Shown here: in pieces, positions 26,409 to 27,832 of the stretch
Position numbering within the stretch: position 1 is the stretch's first letter
Layout: the number at the start of each line of letters is the position of its first letter
DNA from: a virus
Lineage: Duplodnaviria > Caudoviricetes
Length of the DNA: 27,832 nucleotides
Direction: 5' to 3' (one strand)
Virus record (IMG/VR): IMGVR_UViG_3300017747_004591
Location: 1-27,832 of that record
The notes under the pieces: model-generated
The model's database searches: none
What the model saw: the letters and a program-made list of their open reading frames with translations, nothing else
Told to the model about the DNA's origin: nothing
Program-made: the position numbers and the translations under genes

Positions 26409-26632
26409 TTTTTCCTCTTGTCTAGGGTTTATAGTAATTTCTTTGTTAAATAGTTTATCAAATCTTGGCATACTAATCTAGATAAACCGGTAGTGGAGGA
26501 GGTTTTTTTTCGAATGAATTTATTTATAGGCAGCCATACAGGTGTTTGTTTGGATGGTTTTTTTAAAGTAATTGCTGTGTTTCTAGGTAGGTGACAGTTT
26601 CCCCGAATTAGCATTCGCAAGCGTCACTTTTT

Positions 26633-26827
26633 CTATGGGTTCTTGTCTTTCTTCCACTTTACGATCTCTCCCCATCGTTGTGACTCGAGGCCTTCCCACG
26701 CTACCCCCGTCCACCAGCCATGGTATCGACAGCCTGCGCTGTTCTCGAGAACACACAAGCAGAAAGGAGTGGGCAGTTTGTCCGTGACTGGGATAAACCG
26801 TCGGTTTGGTAATAGAGGTCTTGTCAT
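26633..26827 (-). CDS. Small DUF551-like phage protein
   Basis: FIPVTDKLP...HGWWTG...EIVKWK. Confidence 0.55.
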   Translation of the reverse strand: MTRPLLPNRRFIPVTDKLPTPFCLCVLENSAGCRYHGWWTGVAWEGLESQRWGEIVKWKKDKNP

Positions 26828-26838
26828 ATCCTATAGAT

Positions 26839-27246
26839 TTAATTTGAACTAGAGGTGGGCGAAGGTGTTGCGTTGCGCATCTCTTGCAAGATTGAAACAA
26901 TTTTTTCCAATTTTTCGGAAGTAATAGGGTCTTCGCGAAAGTCATGGTTGACTCTTTGCCTTAATTCCTCAAATTTTGCGTTATCTCCTATAGGGTCATC
27001 TTTCAGTTTGCTTTGCAAAATTTCAGCGAGTCTTTGGTTTGCCCTTATTCTAGACTCGACTTGCTGTTCTGTAAGTCTAAAGCGCTCGAACGTGTGGTTG
27101 CTGTTTACATAATATTCTTGCGGTTTAGCCGATCGGGATCTCCAAAAGCAGCAACAGCCACCGGAATTGGTATCTTCAGCAAAAGTAAACTCTTGGTGTA
27201 AGTGTGGTTCTAGTGATAGCGTAGGCTGTAAAGTCGGAGCAACCAT
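26839..27246 (-). CDS. Hypothetical protein with CCC motif
   Basis: 135 aa, AAGGA SD, GGCCCFWRSR. Confidence 0.75.
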   Translation of the reverse strand: MVAPTLQPTLSLEPHLHQEFTFAEDTNSGGCCCFWRSRSAKPQEYYVNSNHTFERFRLTEQQVESRIRANQRLAEILQSKLKDDPIGDNAKFEELRQRVNHDFREDPITSEKLEKIVSILQEMRNATPSPTSSSN

Positions 27247-27322
27247 GTAAGTCCTTTTTAGGATAGATTGAAGGCGGTTCCTAACTTTAACATTGGTTAA
27301 TGTTCTCCGCCCTCAAAATTCA

Positions 27323-27408
27323 AGTATCCACACGTCACAATTTTCGTGCAAAAAAAATCATCAGGGCGTACGTTTGAGATTGCACAAAAAGGAAAAAAAG
27401 ACTATGAT
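27323..27408. promoter_or_regulatory. Divergent promoter pair
   Basis: Minus: TTGCAC(27351-27346)-17-GATACT(27328-27323). Plus: TTGCAC(27380)-17 nt A-rich-TATGAT(27403). Confidence 0.6.
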
Positions 27409-27571
27409 GTATCACAAGAAAATCCTCAAAAAACACTCCAGGATATACGAAGAGAACCGATTGCAAGCCATTGCAGCTATGCTGTTTGTAATGATTCTTC
27501 TGTTGCTTTTTCGATTTCTCTTTCCTTAAATTTGGCCATAGGCTATAATAGCCTACGTTAAAGGAGATACC

Positions 27572-27832
27572 ATGACAGAAATAGACCGATCAGACTACAC
27601 CAGGGTTACTAGTGTAATCGGAGCGTTTACCGACTGGAGCTTTATTTCTCCAGAGATTCTGGATGCAAAGGCCGAGATCGGCACATTGACGCACAAGTAC
27701 ATTGAACTCATTCTGAAAGACGAGGAGGCTTATATTGTGCCGGAAGAAATACAAGGCTACCTTGCCTCTTTTAAGGTCTTCTGGGCGGGGCACAGTCACG
27801 CCTGGGACCTGGGTACCCTTCAGACCGAAACG
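27572..27832 (+). CDS. PD-(D/E)XK / Cas4-like phage exonuclease, N-terminal part (truncated; absent from ORF track)
   Basis: AAGGAG SD; MTEIDRSDYTRVTSVIGAF...KAEIGTLTHKYIE...IQGYLASFKVFW; open to the window end. Confidence 0.7.
   Translation, partial: MTEIDRSDYTRVTSVIGAFTDWSFISPEILDAKAEIGTLTHKYIELILKDEEAYIVPEEIQGYLASFKVFWAGHSHAWDLGTLQTET

Larger units (their letters stand above)
1..27832. mobile_element. Tailed phage / prophage (podovirus-like, possibly phage-plasmid), partial
   Basis: Contiguous TerS-TerL-portal-scaffold-MCP-adaptor-nozzle-ejection gene order, plus DnaB, initiator and RusA genes. No host housekeeping genes. No tape measure or sheath gene seen. Confidence 0.95.

Noticed and set aside
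27293-27561. Plus-strand ORFs 27293-27529 and 27346-27561, including the hydrophobic MLFVMILLLLFRFLFP resembling a type I toxin
   Set aside because: Their starts lie upstream of or inside the predicted promoter, there is no SD, and no antitoxin structure is visible; unsupported.
27590-27799. Minus-strand 69-aa ORF
   Set aside because: Antisense to the exonuclease ORF, which has a strong SD and recognisable motifs.
1-27832. AGACCGA at both window ends as a terminal repeat or sign of circularity
   Set aside because: Only 7 bp, not flush with the right end, and both ends fall inside unrelated ORFs.
1-27832. CRISPR array, tRNA, reverse transcriptase/DGR, stop-codon recoding
   Set aside because: No repeat-spacer array, cloverleaf or RT motif was found by eye; genes tile densely under the standard code.

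Overview
The whole window is part of a tailed dsDNA phage genome with P22/N4-like podovirus architecture, and both edges cut through genes. A minus-strand morphogenesis module covers 1-18983: small and large terminase, portal, scaffold, N4-gp56-type major capsid, adaptor, nozzle, three probable ejection proteins and a truncated tail fibre. A plus-strand island of small genes with duplicated promoters follows at 19053-20468. A minus-strand replication module (20425-27246) encodes a RusA-like nuclease, two SpoVG-like proteins, two Arc/RHH proteins, DnaB, an initiator with iterons and a small serine resolvase. An exonuclease gene begins at the right edge. Three structures that the ORF track misses stand out. 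(1) An 867-nt group I intron (11284-12150) carrying an HNH gene splits the major capsid gene, and its splice sites can be read from perfect P1/P10 pairings. (2) The initiator leader carries an anti-SD/anti-anti-SD switch and is overlapped by a counter-transcribed small RNA (two tandem promoters plus a terminator). This is plasmid-style copy-number control and, together with the resolvase, suggests a phage-plasmid lifestyle. (3) A free-standing related HNH gene has its RBS and start codon locked in a 13-bp hairpin that overlaps its own promoter. All product calls come from motif and synteny recognition by eye; no database search was run.
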